A DNA stretch of 64,000 nucleotides from the human T2T-CHM13v2.0 reference genome, Homo sapiens: the NCBI RefSeq assembly GCF_009914755.1, contig NC_060925.1; one strand, given 5' to 3'. This document shows positions 1-17,849 of this stretch, one piece after another (position 1 is the first letter of the stretch; the number at the start of each line of letters is the position of its first letter). A program made the position numbers and the translations under genes. The notes beneath the pieces were generated by a model. That model had not been told where the DNA came from. It saw nothing but the letters and a program-made list of their open reading frames with translations, and ran no database searches.

Positions 1-310
1 AGACAAATGGGTCCTGAGCCAGGAGCTGTCTTAAAAGGCAGGGAGGGAAAATGGGGAGGAAGATGCTGTTATGAGGGAGAGGCTGTCCCTCTCCAACAGC
101 TCTTTCCCCAGTGGATTTGGTAGAACAGGGGCAGGAAAAACAGCTCTGCCTCCATCAATGTGGGTAGAAACCCAACTTCAAAACAAGGGCAAGAGGGTGG
201 CCCTCCCAGCATTGGTGCTGCCCTCAGGGATCATGATGGGGAGGGACGGCTGCAAGGTAGTCACACCCCAGCCCAGCAGACCTGCAGTCCCTTCTGAACC
301 CTTGCGCTAC

Positions 311-433
311 CTGCACACTGTCTGCATTGTTCAGGAGCGGAGGCTTCTTCATCCCAAAGTCGTGGGGGATCAGGGTGTAAAAGCGATTTGAGAGATCCAG
401 GATCTGAGAGTCGCTGCTGCCCTGAGACACCGC
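311..433 (-). CDS. PARP1: PARP1 coding exon 16 (codons 719-759, helical domain); gene continues beyond the window start
   Basis: Encodes [41 protein letters not shown]; acceptor AG at 434-435, donor GT at 309-310; 123 nt, phase 0-0. Confidence 0.97.
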
Positions 434-1641
434 CTGGAGAGGAGGGGACAGAAGGAATGCAAGACTGAGGGAGCAGCTCCAAGCCCCCGGCCAGGCTTTC
501 TCTTCTAGCAGGTGGGTGCTGCAGCAGGTCCAGAAGTAGCGTGGTATGTGCACATGCCAGGACACATGGGAAACGACCAGAAGACCATCTTCCTGTTAAA
601 GAGCAGGGCAGGACCCCCATCCTCTAAAAGCACTGCTCAACACGTGATGGGCTTCTCCCATGAAGTTTCATTTGTACAAAGAACTGTGCAGTTACAGACA
701 TTTGAAACCCCGCCACAACTATGCAAAATGTTAACTGTAAAATCTAGGTGGTGGGCTAATGACTATTGCTGTAAAATTCCTTCAACTTTTTGTATGTTTG
801 AAACATTTTCATAATAAAATGTTGGGAGGAGGTTGCCCATCGCTATAAAATTCTGTCAGGCTCCCTGCCTCCACTGACCTTCATTGGAATTAGTTTTTAC
901 TGTACCTGGAGGTTGAGGTGGCCAGGCACAGAAAGGCTAAGCAATCCTTACACTCACTGCCAGTGTCACTTGGTGCTCTATATGCAAAGGGTGCACAAAA
1001 AATGCACAGAGATGGAAGAGCGGGGCCACTGGGATTCCAGGAATTTCGCAGACAGCCTAGGTGACCACAGGAAGGTCAAGGGAATATGAAGTGGCACCCA
1101 GCAGGTCCGAAGCCCCACGCCTGCTTCTCGCTGTGACATGGACTTCACCAAGTTGTACAACTTCCATCTGTGCTGCCCAGGTGGCTCTGGCAATGGGTAA
1201 GGATGCTATTCCAGCTCTTCTTCCTGAAGACTATTGCATGGGAAGAAGCTGGGGCCGAGGAAAGCCTTGTAAGTTCTCAGTCAGTAAGGAACAAGGAGAG
1301 AGGTTCACTGCTCAGAGCCAGCTGTAACTGAAGTTGACAGATCCGGTTCAGCGCCTTTTCTCCAGCACCAGCCAGAAAGCCCGCTGCCTGGGCCCACTTC
1401 TGCTTCCTGTGTGCTTTCCTTCTTTCTACAGGCCAGGCCTGCACCCACCCACAAATATAAGCGGAACCCTCCAGCCCCTCCAGGATGTAGCTGGAAGGCT
1501 CCGGGACTGGTAGACCTTGAAAGATGCTCAAAGAATGTTGAAATAACATGAATGAAAGAGGCTTCCATTTGATGACTTCCTAGTAACTGCAAAATAAACT
1601 CTGCCTAACTCTTAAGGACACATAAAATAAAAACCACAACA

Positions 1642-2261
<620 letters not shown>

Positions 2262-2468
2262 TCACTTTTAACAGAGAGGGTAACCAACGCCTTCAAGTTT
2301 ATGGTCAGTTTACTAAGTATCTGACAACTGAAAAATGTTGCTCTTCATTAGTTTTGTGATAAACTTTTGTAAGTAGCAGGCACTTGTCATTTATTGAACT
2401 GAAAAAAATCGAAACCCTCGTGAAGTGCAGTTCAGTACTTCCAGTTTCTTAACCTTGAGTAAATGTTA

Positions 2469-2711
<243 letters not shown>

Positions 2712-4501
2712 TCAGGCCCCCAACAGGAGCAGTCAGGAGCCTGCTGGGATTTCCTGAGGACACCAGTGACCCAAATCCAGAGTCTGTAGCCCCACCCCAC
2801 CATGAGGGATGGCAGTGTGTCTGAAGATTCTTGCTCACTTCCTTTACGGCTGGGCTTAGCCAACCATGTCTCCTCTGCCCCTATGCCCAGTTTCAAACAG
2901 TCCAGCACGTCTGGACGAAGATATAGCATAATTCCCATCCAATTCTGATGTGCAGATGAGGGCTCATAAATCATGCTGACCACCCCACCCAGCGGCCTTC
3001 CCTGGGGTCCCAGAGCCAAGGCAGTTAGTTAAGTGCACCCCTGGGTTCCCACCTGGAAAAGAACCAAGAGTTTTCAAGTGTTGAACACTATTTTTAAAAA
3101 GGACACACTCCTGAACTTATGGACTTACATTCAAATCAATGCTGTCCCTTTCAGATCAGTCACCTCCAACAAATATTGCTACTGCTCATATCTTGGGAAC
3201 TGCCTGCCATCAAGAGAAGCTGCAGTGGAAGAAGCATGAGATCTGCAGCCTTCATTTTCCATTTGTTAAGTGGGGCCACCTTCCTTAAAAGGCACTCACT
3301 CCCTTTTGCGAGCAGCCCTGCCTATTTGGCTCAGCCCCTGCGTGGAGACACCTGTGTACCAATGGGCCCCACACTCTGTATCCTGAGACATCGTCTCTGG
3401 GGCTTTGCCAATAGACCCTTCTGAGCTCCCTGGGGGCCGTGACTGCGCCTTTCCATTTCTGCATGTCCAGCACTTCCTGCAGTGCTTGGAACAAAGAACT
3501 GAACAAGAATCTTAGAAATGGAACTGCTATGGTGATAAAATTAAATAAAAGGATGTGAAAAGTGCTCACAGCTCATCAGACACCTACCAGGAGCCAACAG
3601 CTTCTAATAACATCCACAAGCCCTGGCATGGGCTTCCCTGTACCCTCAACACTGCAAACTCCATCCTAAGGGAAGATCTGATTTCTGGCAAGAATTAAGT
3701 AGCCGGAGCCACATCTGGGGAAGAAGGTGGATAATCTATTTCAAGCCAAGAACAAGGTACAATAAAAGAACAGAGTGACTTTGGTATGGACCCTCAATCA
3801 GCTCTGAAAGCAATTCTCAAGAAGGAATCCCAAAAGAAGTTCTGACGGCAGAGCATGGCCAGAGTGAGGGCAGAGCTCTGAAGGGCGCGACATTTTCCAC
3901 GCTGTATAATTCTGGTGTTTATGTAAAAAAAAGAAAATACCTAGTTTCCCTAATTGTACACCCCTCAAAACATACGCACAGACTAAAATAAGAGGTGGGC
4001 TCCATCCACACAGGCCGCCCTCACTACTGGAAAAGAAACTCAGGCACAGCGCTGGACAGCGGGCTGGGAGCAGTGGCTCCACAGCTGCCCAGTTGAGAGA
4101 GAAACAGAAAAGTGGGAGAAACACCTTGGCACTGGGGACCCACGAGCCCCAGCTGCAGCCAGGAGGAGGCTTCTAGGGCTGCAGCCTGGAACCCTGCCCC
4201 CTGCCATGTGTCGTGACTGCCCGGAACCCATTCCCTTCTGGACTCAGGATGTGCCCTCCTCACAGGGAGAGTCAGGTTCCCCTGGTGCTGGGGATGAAGC
4301 CCCGAGGGCCACTGTGTCTACTTCTCCACATGGTTACCCCAATCCCACGTGGACCCCGCTGAGGTCAGGAGTGGGCACCCCGCTTTCCACACACTTCCAG
4401 CTAGCTGCCTTTTAGCTTGTTTCAGCAAGCAGCGCCCCTGTCCCTTTTCTTCCTGCTAAACTAGTTACCTGTCCAGTGAAAAACATTAAAATGTCATTTC
4501 A

Positions 4502-4832
4502 GGCTGGGGGCCATGGCTCATGCCTGTAATCCCAGCACTTTGGGAGGCTGAGGCAGGTGGATCATCTGAGGTTAGGAGTTCAAGACCAGCCTGGCCAAAA
4601 TGGTGAAACCCCATCTCTACTAAAAATAAAAAAACAATTAGCCAGGCACAGTCGTGCACGCCTGTAGTCCCAGCTACTCGGGAGGCTGAGGCAGGAGAAT
4701 CGCTTGAACCCAGGAGGCAGAGGTTACAATGAGCCGAGATCGTGCATTGCACTCCAGCCCAGGCGAAGAGAGTGAAACTCCGTCTCAAACCAAACCAAAC
4801 CAAACCAAACACAAAACAACAACAAAAACAAC
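4502..4832 (+). mobile_element. Alu (AluS-like) with (CAAAC)n-type tail
   Basis: Full Alu dimer; tail converted to a simple repeat; CATTTCA on both flanks. Confidence 0.95.
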
Positions 4833-5947
4833 ATTTCACAGGAAAGGACTTGGGTTTGAGAATAGCTGAGAACGTCTATGAATCACAGATAGACCAAGGT
4901 GTGGGAGACTGGAAATGAAGTGCAGGACTTCAAAACGTGAATGAAACGAGCCCCTCTTCTCCCTTACCGTAGCACCTCTCAACCTTTCCCTCCACCTCCG
5001 TCCCTCATTCTCAGTGAGCCCACCCATAAGTTGTTCACACTAGTGACCTCATAAACAAAAGTCAGATCACACAGCGATTTCAACAAGCACAGCGAACAAG
5101 CCCTGGCCATTTTTTAAACCCGTTAGAGGATGTAACTCAACACTCCACTCTACAACAGCACAGGCGTGAGCATTCCTGCCAGGCTGAGCTCTTGGCAGGG
5201 AGATACGGGGTTGGCCCTGATGTCCATGCGGCTTAGGCTGCCAGTGGTTTATACTGCCCAGTTTTGACCCCCTGTCCTCCCAGCTCTAAGGCAGGCCAGG
5301 AGGTTCTAGGAGGAAGGACTTGGGAAGACAGCAGAACGTGAGCGTGAAGGGAGCAACCCCATGGAGAAGGGTGGAATGCTTAAGGCTGATCTGAGACTCT
5401 TAACCTCCACTGGTTCCTAGGAGCCTAGAACAAAGGGAATAACCAAATGCATCACAGCTGCTTGTTTTTCAGAGAAGCCTGAAGCTTCTGGGTTCAGCAG
5501 CTAGGGTAGAGAGGAGAGGGTGTTTGCTGGCCAGGTGGGACCACCTCTGCTCTGAAGGCCCCCAGGGTCAGTACTTAAGAGCTCTGATGCTAGGAGCAAC
5601 AAGAACAAGGGGGCCGCCCTTTTGCACTCATCTCCTGGGCGGAGAGCGGAGATGAGAAGGAGAACAGACAGGAAACACGGAGCCTCTGCCTGCAGTCTCT
5701 GCCATTCTGCCCTGGACAGAAGCATGACTAATCCAGCAACCACCACCCCCACCCCACTGCCAACCTTTTAAAAACTGGTATGAATTTTATCTTACGAATC
5801 AAGCGTCACAGCAATTTTCTTTTACTCTAAGTGGGCTATCTTGCACTTCCCATGGTAACTCCAGTTGGTTGGTTTGGTTGGGCCACAAAGGAAGCATGGC
5901 TAATACACCTTGCCACAGCATGAAGAAGGGGAAAAATACAAAGGGTG

Positions 5948-6076
5948 GGCCGGGCACGGTGGCTCACACCTATATTCCTAGCATTTGGGGAGACTGAGGT
6001 GGGTGGATCACTTGAGCTCAGCAGTTGGAGACCAGCTTGGGCAACAACATGGTGAGACTCTGTCTCAGAAAAAAAG
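5948..6076 (+). mobile_element. Alu left monomer / FLAM
   Basis: GGCCGGGCACGGTGGCTCAC...GAGACTCTGTCTC followed by an A-tract. Confidence 0.85.
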
Positions 6077-6283
6077 TACAAAGGGGACTAGGGACCAGGA
6101 ACAACTCTCTCCAACACAACACATGCTTCACTGCAAATCAAACAACCCTCTGCAAAAGTGCAACCACTCCACGCCCCAACACTCACACAATTTAAGATTG
6201 AAGGACAGGTACAAGAAGCTGACAGCCAATGTATTGTTTTTGAAACAGAAACAAGAACAGGCAGACAGCTCTTCACTAGCTCA

Positions 6284-6487
<204 letters not shown>

Positions 6488-7625
6488 CTAAGAGACCCAA
6501 ATCAACAACTCAAGCAAGGTATCTGCGTCTGTGGGGCTGGACTGCAGACAAAGGACACAGGCTAGAGTGCCACCAGCAAAAAAAGCTGAGTGTTAATCAA
6601 AAAGGTGTGGAAAACAGTGGCCAGGATGAGTGTGCCTGATGCTGCACATGGGTCAGACTCTTCCTGTGCCTGCCCTGAAGTTCTCTTGGCTGCTCCAGAT
6701 TCTTATTCTAGTTGCCACTGCAGCGTCTGCATGGGCTGACCCACCCTGGGGTTGCTGGTCCCTGCCTGGGAACCTGTCTAGTGCCCACTCATGCCCAACC
6801 TGGAAGTGCTGGGCAGCTGTAGAAGCAAACTTTGGAGCAATGGGACATGAAACTGATGGACAAATTCCTTCTCTTTTCTCTTACACTTCCTCACACAAGG
6901 GCCAGTTGCAAGACTAAGTTTATATAGCCTTCTCTAAATTCCCAAAGTACCAAGCAACCAGTCCCATGCGCTGCCAGCCAGGCTGACAGTGTTAAAGCAC
7001 ATCGTAGCATTAGCTGTCCGTCCTCTTCCTACGCTGCCTAATAGACTATTGAGACTCCACCCCCCACTGTCTGAAGAACCCAGGTTATATCAAGATCACA
7101 CTGTACTGAAACTGCTTTAACTCTTTAGACTTGAACTGTATGAGGGTATAGACGGTGCTCTGTCCAGCACAGTGTCCCTAGCAACTAAAACGGAATTTGG
7201 TATTTGGAGTGAAAGGAATTGGCACTGGGCTTTGAACCTGGAATCAGACTGGCTTACCCAAGAGCTAACTTGCGTTGTTAGTGTTCATGGCTGCTGCTGT
7301 CACCTTCATAGTAGACCTACTCTCAGTGTTGAAACACCATCTTAAATGTACTCTGTTATCTTCTGGGTGTAACTTCATTGGAGGGCAAAGTATCTATGTG
7401 TTCAAAACCCCTATTTAAGTGCATCTACCTTATGACCCAGTACCTACTTGTAATGACAACAATCACAGAGGCACACAAATATTTAAATGTATATCAGCAT
7501 CATTACAGTAAATGCCCAGAATCAATCTAAATGACTAACAGGAGGCAGGAAGCTGTTCTGATTAATGATAAATTCCAGCCCACGCACAGGACGGGATTCA
7601 ATGCAGCCTTAAATAATGCTCTGGA

Positions 7626-7921
7626 CTGGTGCAGCCAGTGGCCAATACAGTAGCCACTGGCCAAACTGAGGTGTGCTGTAGGTGCAAAATATACACCAGA
7701 TTTCAAAGACTTAGTAGAGAAAAAACTAAAAGGGAAATTTTCTCATTAATAATTTTATTGGTATTGATCAGGTGTTGAAATTAGAATATTTTGGATATAT
7801 GGGGTTAAATAATGCCAAGATTAATTTCATTGGCTTCTTGCTTTTTAAAATGTGGCTATAAAAAACTTTAAATGTATTGAAATGGCTTGAATTATAATTC
7901 TATTGGACAGCACTGCTCTAG
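7626..7921. mobile_element. MER33/MER3-like hAT-Charlie DNA transposon remnant
   Basis: CCAATACAGTAGCCACTGGCC start and TATTGGACAGCACTGCTCTAG end. Confidence 0.65.
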
Positions 7922-8744
7922 AAGACATAAGGAAATGCTCCTGGTACATTAGGGCAAAAAGCAGATGGTTGTAACATGGTACATATGGTGGTGGGAAACG
8001 TACATATGCAGTGAAAGCTGACTGAAAAAGATATCTACCATTACTTTAACTGTGGTTAATTCCGGGCAATCTTAGTTTTTTGTGCCTTAGTATTAATATT
8101 TCTCAAAAATTTTTAAAGTATTTAACTCAGTAAGGGGCGCTACCGAGTCAGGCCAAATCTGTCCTGAAAGTCTACTGTCTGAGCCTCATCATTGTATAAG
8201 CAAGATGTAAATCCTATTTTTAATATGGAGAGTTCATGAGGCCCTCTGTAAACTAAAGAATTCCCCCTATGAGACATGCTAGGCCTCAAAGACTTAGAAT
8301 TAAAATCTCTACCCACCTACAGATCTTTTTGTAAAATAAATGTTTTCTTTTATCTGATTAAAAAAGTGATAAATTTTCATTTTTAAAAAGGCAAGCATTT
8401 TGCAAAGAAAAAAGACAAAACAGAAAAGTTAAAAATGTCAACCAATAGACAAATGAATGCTGTGTGCTAACAGATGTAAGGAGACGCCCAAAACTACAGA
8501 GACAGCACTAGGAAATAATTTGGGACTAATAAAGTGTGACCTAGCAGAGCAGGTCAAGTTACTATAATTCTGTCATGACAGACCAGTCACATGATCAAGG
8601 GTGACCATGGGTTCAGATAAAAAGCCTTATCTGGAATCTCTGAATTACGTCCTATTGTTTCAGGAGTAACTGAAAAGACTGTTCCTCCTCGATATCTCAA
8701 AGATGCTACCACAATTCTCATTTAAGCTCTATCTCATACTTCAA

Positions 8745-9117
8745 GGTGTTGACTGTATTAAATGCTTTTTCTGCCATCTACTGAGATGATCATGTGGTTT
8801 TTGTCCTCCATTCTATTCATATATTACATTGATTTTTAAATGTCGAACCAACCTTACATTCCTGGGATAAATCCCACTTGGGAGTGGTGTATAGATCCGT
8901 CTATGCTGCTGGATTCGGTTTGTTAGGATTTTGTATCTCTATTCATAGGGTTTCTGCATGTCTATTCACAGGAAACTGCTCTGTAGTTCTCCTGTGCTGC
9001 TTTGGCTCTGGTATCAGGGTGGTACTGGCCTTCATGCAATGAGCTGGGAAGTATTTTCTTCTATTTTTGGGGGAGAATTTGTGAAGGACTATTATTCTCC
9101 TCTCAACATTTGGTAGT
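8745..9117 (-). mobile_element. Old L1 (L1M) ORF2 fragment, sense to PARP1
   Basis: AAATGCTTTTTCTGC...GAGATGATCATGTGGTTTTTGTCC...CATTCCTGGGATAAATCCCACTTG is the reverse complement of L1 ORF2. Confidence 0.8.
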
Positions 9118-9210
9118 ATGTTTACTATGATGCCACCTGATCCACGATGTGGATTTTCTAGAATAAGGTGTCCCTTCCTTTTCCTAGAAGCAGACAGTGT
9201 AAGGGCATTA

Positions 9211-9435
<225 letters not shown>

Positions 9436-10652
9436 TCAGATACACATGTGTGGGTCAGCTGTCCCATTTCAGGAGCTCCCCTTTCCTGCCATTACATTCA
9501 CGTGGGGAAGAATTTTACACACCCCAAAAGGATGGTGATTAACACAGAACAAACACAACTGCTATAACAATAAAGGGTCTTTATTTTACTTTTCATTAAA
9601 CTTTCAAATCATATTGACTACAAAAAATGCCAAAGAATAGTTTAAACTTGGTTCTGGCAGCCAAGCCTGAGGACTGAATCCTGGAGTCTGGAGACCTTTG
9701 CATAAAAATGATTCTAGTCCTCTCCCCAAAGAAATACAAAGTACTATCTGGAAGTCATGTGTTCAAGGAGTCAACCCTTACAGCTGTACCCTAAAAATAA
9801 TGAAACTTTCAACTCAGATCCAAGGCCAAGACATGATGAAATGAGGGGGGCAGTGGCAATGGCTCCTCAGGTCCGGTGACCTAGAGATGCAGGCTGTCAT
9901 GTTCAAATTCCATCTCAATTGAGGGTACACATCACACACACCCAGCTGCTGTGCTGCTCAGCTTTGGATGAGCTAATTTTTGATTAACTCAAAGCAGAGG
10001 TAATGCAACACTTAATTGTCATTTCATAATAAATATATATATATCATAAACCCACATACAAGATTTGTGTACATTTTAAAGATAGAACTACAGATTTCAA
10101 AGAAAATTTGGGACTCCCTGGCCATTCTCTGGGCTACTGAACAGGGGTATAAAAATTCATTCTCTGCTTGGTTTTTCCTGTGAAAATTTTTGAGAAGCAC
10201 TACCTTGATCTACGTTGAAAATTTTTTCTGACCCTAACAGCCTACACCACCCTTTCACTTAACACCAGGAAATCTAAGCCACCAGAAAAATGTCCACATC
10301 CACAATCAACGTTAGAATTTAGTAAGAGTTCCTTCCACATGCCTTTACACTGACACATAAATGCTATTTTGTGGTGGCTGTACTGAGGGGCAATGAACTC
10401 ACTAGATAAGGACCACTCTGCCTAGAAACATAAGGACAAAAGCCAGCCCAACCTCTCACCACCTCCCAGCTGCTGTACCCCACCATCCACACTCCAACCT
10501 TGCCTGTCTCACCATGTTAAAAAAAAAAAAAGGCAAATCCAACCTCTTTAGTTACTAGGGAGTTTGAACATTAAAGAGTAAGTTCAACGCTTGCCAACCT
10601 TTATTTGCTTCAAAGTTTTAAAACATATGTAAAATCAGAAAATCTTGATTCA

Positions 10653-11005
<353 letters not shown>

Positions 11006-11252
11006 AGCCAGCAGAAGAATATGTGAAACCATACCTTGGGACAACTGTACAAGGACAGCAACGCTACTGGTTAGTAAGTGGCTTCTTTCTCCCCTTTAAG
11101 CAAAGGCCTTATAATTTGTTTTTGATCTCTGTGATTCGATTTCATTCCCCAGGCACTGGGCCTAACGGGTTTCACAAGGCTGATGGCACAGCACTAACCA
11201 ATGCAGGACGGGCCCATGTCTCTGCACAACCAGGCTACACCTGCAGAACTCA

Positions 11253-11432
<180 letters not shown>

Positions 11433-11532
11433 CTAGCACTCTCACGGAGAAGGGATCTGCAGGCCTGAGGTTCACGCCTCTTGGATACACTACCACCACC
11501 CTCGGGAGGCTCCCCACAAATGTGTGTTCTCA

Positions 11533-11796
<264 letters not shown>

Positions 11797-11878
11797 CTAA
11801 AAAGTAAGGGGAAGGTAGAAGGCAAATGAGTTGTTCTCATTCCCATCATCTGTCAACTCGGCATCTATATACACACTA

Positions 11879-12280
<402 letters not shown>

Positions 12281-12735
12281 TCAAATTGAAAGGAAAAAAA
12301 ACCAAAATACAAGTTTAAAACAAAACTGAAACTTCAAATTACTACAGTTATATTTAGTGTGTACTTCCAAACCCTCAGCATTCACAGCTCTCCTTTGCTT
12401 CCAAGTCTAATGCTCCCAAGAGTGTTTTTATCAGCAACATTCCCCCTTTTCTAAGGTATGATGAGCCAGGGCAGCCTTCTCCAAACCATTCTACAGCACG
12501 ATGTTAACAAACACTCCAAAGAAAAAACACCCTGATGTCAAATATGTATGGGAAATCCTGTATTCTATTTCTCTGGTTCCTGAAGACCTACAGTGGTAAT
12601 CAGCATAATAAACCCACACAGAAACCTGTTTAGCTTTGTTTTACCCTACCTTTTCCAAACATACTTGAACCTTGAACTTCTGTTTTGGCAGATATCTATG
12701 CACATCTTACAGAGCAGTGCGAAGTGATGAGAATA

Positions 12736-12952
12736 CAGGTTGAGCAGCTTCCCTTATCCGAGATGCTTGAGACCAGAAACCTTTCAGACCTTAAAATACT
12801 TGCTTCATATTTACTGACTGAGCATCTAATCCAAAACTCTGAAATCTGAAATGCTCCAATGAACATTTCCTTTGAGCATCATGTTGTCACTCAAAAAGTG
12901 TTGAATTTTGAGGCAATTTGTTTGGGCTTCGGGACTAGGGAGACTCAACCTA
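12736..12952. mobile_element. Tigger4/MER46-like MITE
   Basis: TA-flanked terminal inverted repeats CAGGTTGAG...CTCAACCT; internal AAATCTGAAATGCTCCAATGA...GAGCATCATGT. Confidence 0.75.
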
Positions 12953-13114
12953 TAGTAGCTTACCGTCTTTAGTTGAGAACACGCAATGCATGTGAATCTA
13001 CAGTACAAAGCAGCAACACTGAGAGCAAATACTGGTTTCCCTTCATAAAGAACCACAGCGATGATGATGTTAAGACCCAGTTTTTCAGCGCTGTGTTCGA
13101 CTCTTCCTCACTTA

Positions 13115-13339
<225 letters not shown>

Positions 13340-14641
13340 TCATTCAGCAAGGCCAGCTCTGGTGCTGCTCCCCAGTAAGGGGAGGTGGAGGAGCAGGTGA
13401 GCCAAGCAGCGAGCTCCTGGGAAAAGCCTATGAAAATACACTCGCGAGAAAACAGGACGGGACAGCAAGCTGCCACCTGAGTACCTACAGATGTCCCTCA
13501 GCACAGAAAGGACTGGGCAGGGAGCAAGCCACAAAATGCCACTCCATGGCCAGGCCAGCCTCGCGGCGTGAGCCAGGCAGCTGCGGGTTACCCCAGGTCC
13601 GCGCCAAGGTCAGGCTAGGAAGGCTGCATCTGCGGACGAGGGACCAGGAGGCTGGAGTCGGATGGGAAGAGGGGTAAGGTCACATGAACCCCCAATTCCT
13701 TCTGTTATTCTCCCAAACAAACTGCAATTCTTATGAATTAACCCCATTTTAAAATGAGACATGTCCATGATAGTCCCTCAAAGCAGTGGCCAGCACAATC
13801 ACACGGAGCTGAGCTAACTGATTCTAGGAGAAAAGCAGCAGCCTGGTGTGCACTGACCCAGGCCAGAAAGGCCTGGACAGGGGTGTGCCTTCTGTTCACA
13901 GCAAACAACACAGTGCAGGTGACACCCGTCCAGAACTGGAGTAGCTGCAAGGAAAAGTCCTTCCTGCCTTCCCTGTGAGGGCAAACAACTAGGAAACACT
14001 GACAGTTTAACTGAAACTGCTGAGGTCTCCAGAGAACAAAATTATTGACTCATGCTGAACTGCAAGTCAGGGGAAAGCAGAGGAGGGAACCCTCCATGGA
14101 GGGGTCAGAATGCCAGCCCCCAACTGGCCCTTCATGTGGGCACCTGGACCCAGGCTGCCAGCAGCACAGTGGACTCGGGATGACCACCAGCACACACTGC
14201 AGTGACCACTGGTCCCCTCTCAGGATATGAAAAGGAAGTCAATAACAGGTTTATGTTCAAGGAAGGAACCCTCATCCTCCACCCACCAAACTGTGACCTT
14301 CACCAATAGACTATGCCACATGTCTCTGAGTAAACAAGCAGCGGGTCACTTCTCCTGCCAAAAAAATACGTTGCTCTCACTGTCTTGGTTGGCTTGGGGC
14401 ATTTCTCACTAGTGCTGATTAGTAACTCCCTCTGCATACAACAGAGACTTGAGCATCACACCAGGGCCCGGATGACTGGTGGGCGCAGGGCAGCCTGGAG
14501 AGTGAGGCCTGGGATGCTCCTCTGCAGTGCAGTCAGGCAGGAGACCCTGCGCCCAACTCCAGGTAAGGCTGTCGACCTAGCCTTTCTTAGGAGCCCCTCT
14601 CCTAGCCTCCCAGAGTAAGAGTTGCTTGTTCTTCTACAATG

Positions 14642-14929
14642 TTTATTTTATTTTTAGAGATAGGGTATCACTCCATCGCCCAAGCTGGTGTGCATTAGCG
14701 TGATCATAGCTCAGTGCAGCCTTGACCTCCCAGGCTCAAGGGATCCTCCGCCTCAGCCTCCTGAGTATCTAGGGCTAAAGGCACATACTCGGATTAATTT
14801 TAAACATTTTTGTAGAGATGGGGTCTCACTACATTGCCCAGGTTGGTCTCAAACTCCTGGCCTCAGCAATTCTTTTGCCTCAGCTTCCTAAAGTGCTGGG
14901 ATTACAGGTGTGAGTCACTGCTCCCAGCC
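14642..14929 (-). mobile_element. Alu (AluJ-like)
   Basis: Reverse-complement Alu dimer. Confidence 0.9.
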
Positions 14930-14944
14930 GATGCTATGTTCTTA

Positions 14945-15295
<351 letters not shown>

Positions 15296-17411
15296 CTAAA
15301 AAATATTAAGTTTTAGTTAAGAAGCCAGCTCTCCCTTGAGGTAACCACCCCATAGACCAAAGAGGATTTGGCTTGTCCAAATCAAATAATCTCTTTTTTT
15401 CTTCTTACAATAAAGAGTAACAAAAAATAGAAAAATGTGAGGCTTTAAGGATGAAAGACAGTATTATTGCTGCTACAGTACTTATTTCCGGTACTTTTAC
15501 ATTTATAATAGGGCTAATATTGTGGCTGCTTTAAGAGAAAAATCTTTCCCTAAAAAAAACAAAAACAGAAACCAGTGGCCAATTCGGTCAGGGAACCACC
15601 ACTGGAACTGCTGTATGACTACAACCTCCCTGGCCTCATTCCTGAGTTGCTCCCTTCGAGAGTTAATAGGCCTCTGTGGGATCACATGCCTACTCCAGAA
15701 CTCCAAGACCCCGAATACTATATACACACTGGGAGATTATTACCCAAAAGGAAATCACAGTATTTGCTTTCCTTTTTAGAAGAAGGAAAAATGAATGCAG
15801 GGAGCCCTATGGTATTCACTATAAATTCTTCCATCAGCACAATTCACTCTTCACTCTGACTGATTTACAAGGGGCCTTGCTCTAAATGGTCACTCAATAA
15901 GTATCAAATACATGAAGCTCAGGGAAAGATACTGTGCTCCCAGGTCTTCATCCAATCAAGAAACTGCCCTTTCCAGCTATGCCTGTGTTCAGGATGTCAG
16001 TTAGATACAAGAGGTCACAGATTGCTTCCAACACACACAGACCACCTAATATGTGCTACCAACCATAGTCTGGTTAAAAAGACAGTTTCTGCTCTTCAGA
16101 AAGTATCTCATTCGTGACTGAGCATCAGCTATAGGAAGGTGAACTTTAACAAAGGAGCTAAGCTATGCCAGAGGTGTGCCAAGGTGATGTGAGACAGGGA
16201 ATGCTAGCATGCACTTGGAGGCAGTGATCTGCTAAGCCCACTGGGAGCTGAAAACACAGGGGACTGCCTAAGCACAGCCATCTGAGTAGCACACGGTGGC
16301 ATGTGGGGTGCCCTGGCTAGGCGCCCTATTGCTAGGTACTCCTAAAAAGAATGAGCAAGACTGGCGGTGGGGTGGGGAGAGGGGTATGTGAGAAGGAAGA
16401 AAAGGGTGGCAGAAAAAGGCTGCAGAAGGCCAGCAAAGCCGCATCACAGAGGGCTCTGAGGACAAGCTACAGAGCTGGCCTTGATTCTGTGGGACAAGTG
16501 CCTGGGGGCAACAGTGTCACTGCCTGGGCAGCAAGCACTGCCAGACCAAAAACTTGTCTCGCACATGCACATAACCTTTAAAAATGTATATAGATGCTCT
16601 ACAATTGATATATAAAATACAAGGAATGGCACATTGCTTATTGCCATCTTACTATTTCCCCATCAAAGATAGTAAAAGAAATACAAATACCACGTAAGGG
16701 TCTGTAAGATTTGCATACCCAGAAAAATCGGGGAATCAGTCTAAGATTTTAAGGGTGGGGGAAGTGACAAGGTCAGATTTATTTTAGAGGAACCACTCAA
16801 ACGCACAGAGAGAAAATTAGGAGGGATCATGCAATCATGGCAGTGAACAAGTGAGCCAGGGGCCAGTGGAAATGGAGTTCAGTTGTAGGTGTAGAGCGAG
16901 TAATGTCGATAGTTACTCAGGTAACGATTCCTGAGTGTGTACTGTGTGCCGCTGTTCCAAGTGCAACAGCGAGGGAAGCAGCTTGGTGAGTGGCAGAGCT
17001 CTGCACCTACCCAGGCTGCTGGGCCTGGGTCCTGCTGAGTCTGAGGGAGCACAGGCAAAGGCCTCGGAGCAGCCAGCCCCACAAAGATACTGCTAGAACC
17101 CCACCAGCCGGCTCCAAAGGAGGCTCCCCATGGAGGTATTTTGCGTTGAGAATTCCATAAGCAGTTCCATTAAAAAAAGAGAGAACGTGCGATACTAGGA
17201 GATACGTGAACCCTGGATCCAATTCTCCTGCTAGCACTAAGGCAAGGAAATGTCCTTGAAAAAACCTTGTATCAGAAAGCAGGAATTACTATCCATTTCT
17301 TCACCATATGTCCCTCAAGCCTAGAACTGTGCCTGGCACATAGGAGGCATTCAATAGATAAAAACTATTCATGGTCTTTGCAAGCAACATTTTACACCAA
17401 ATGGACCTCTA

Positions 17412-17849
<438 letters not shown>

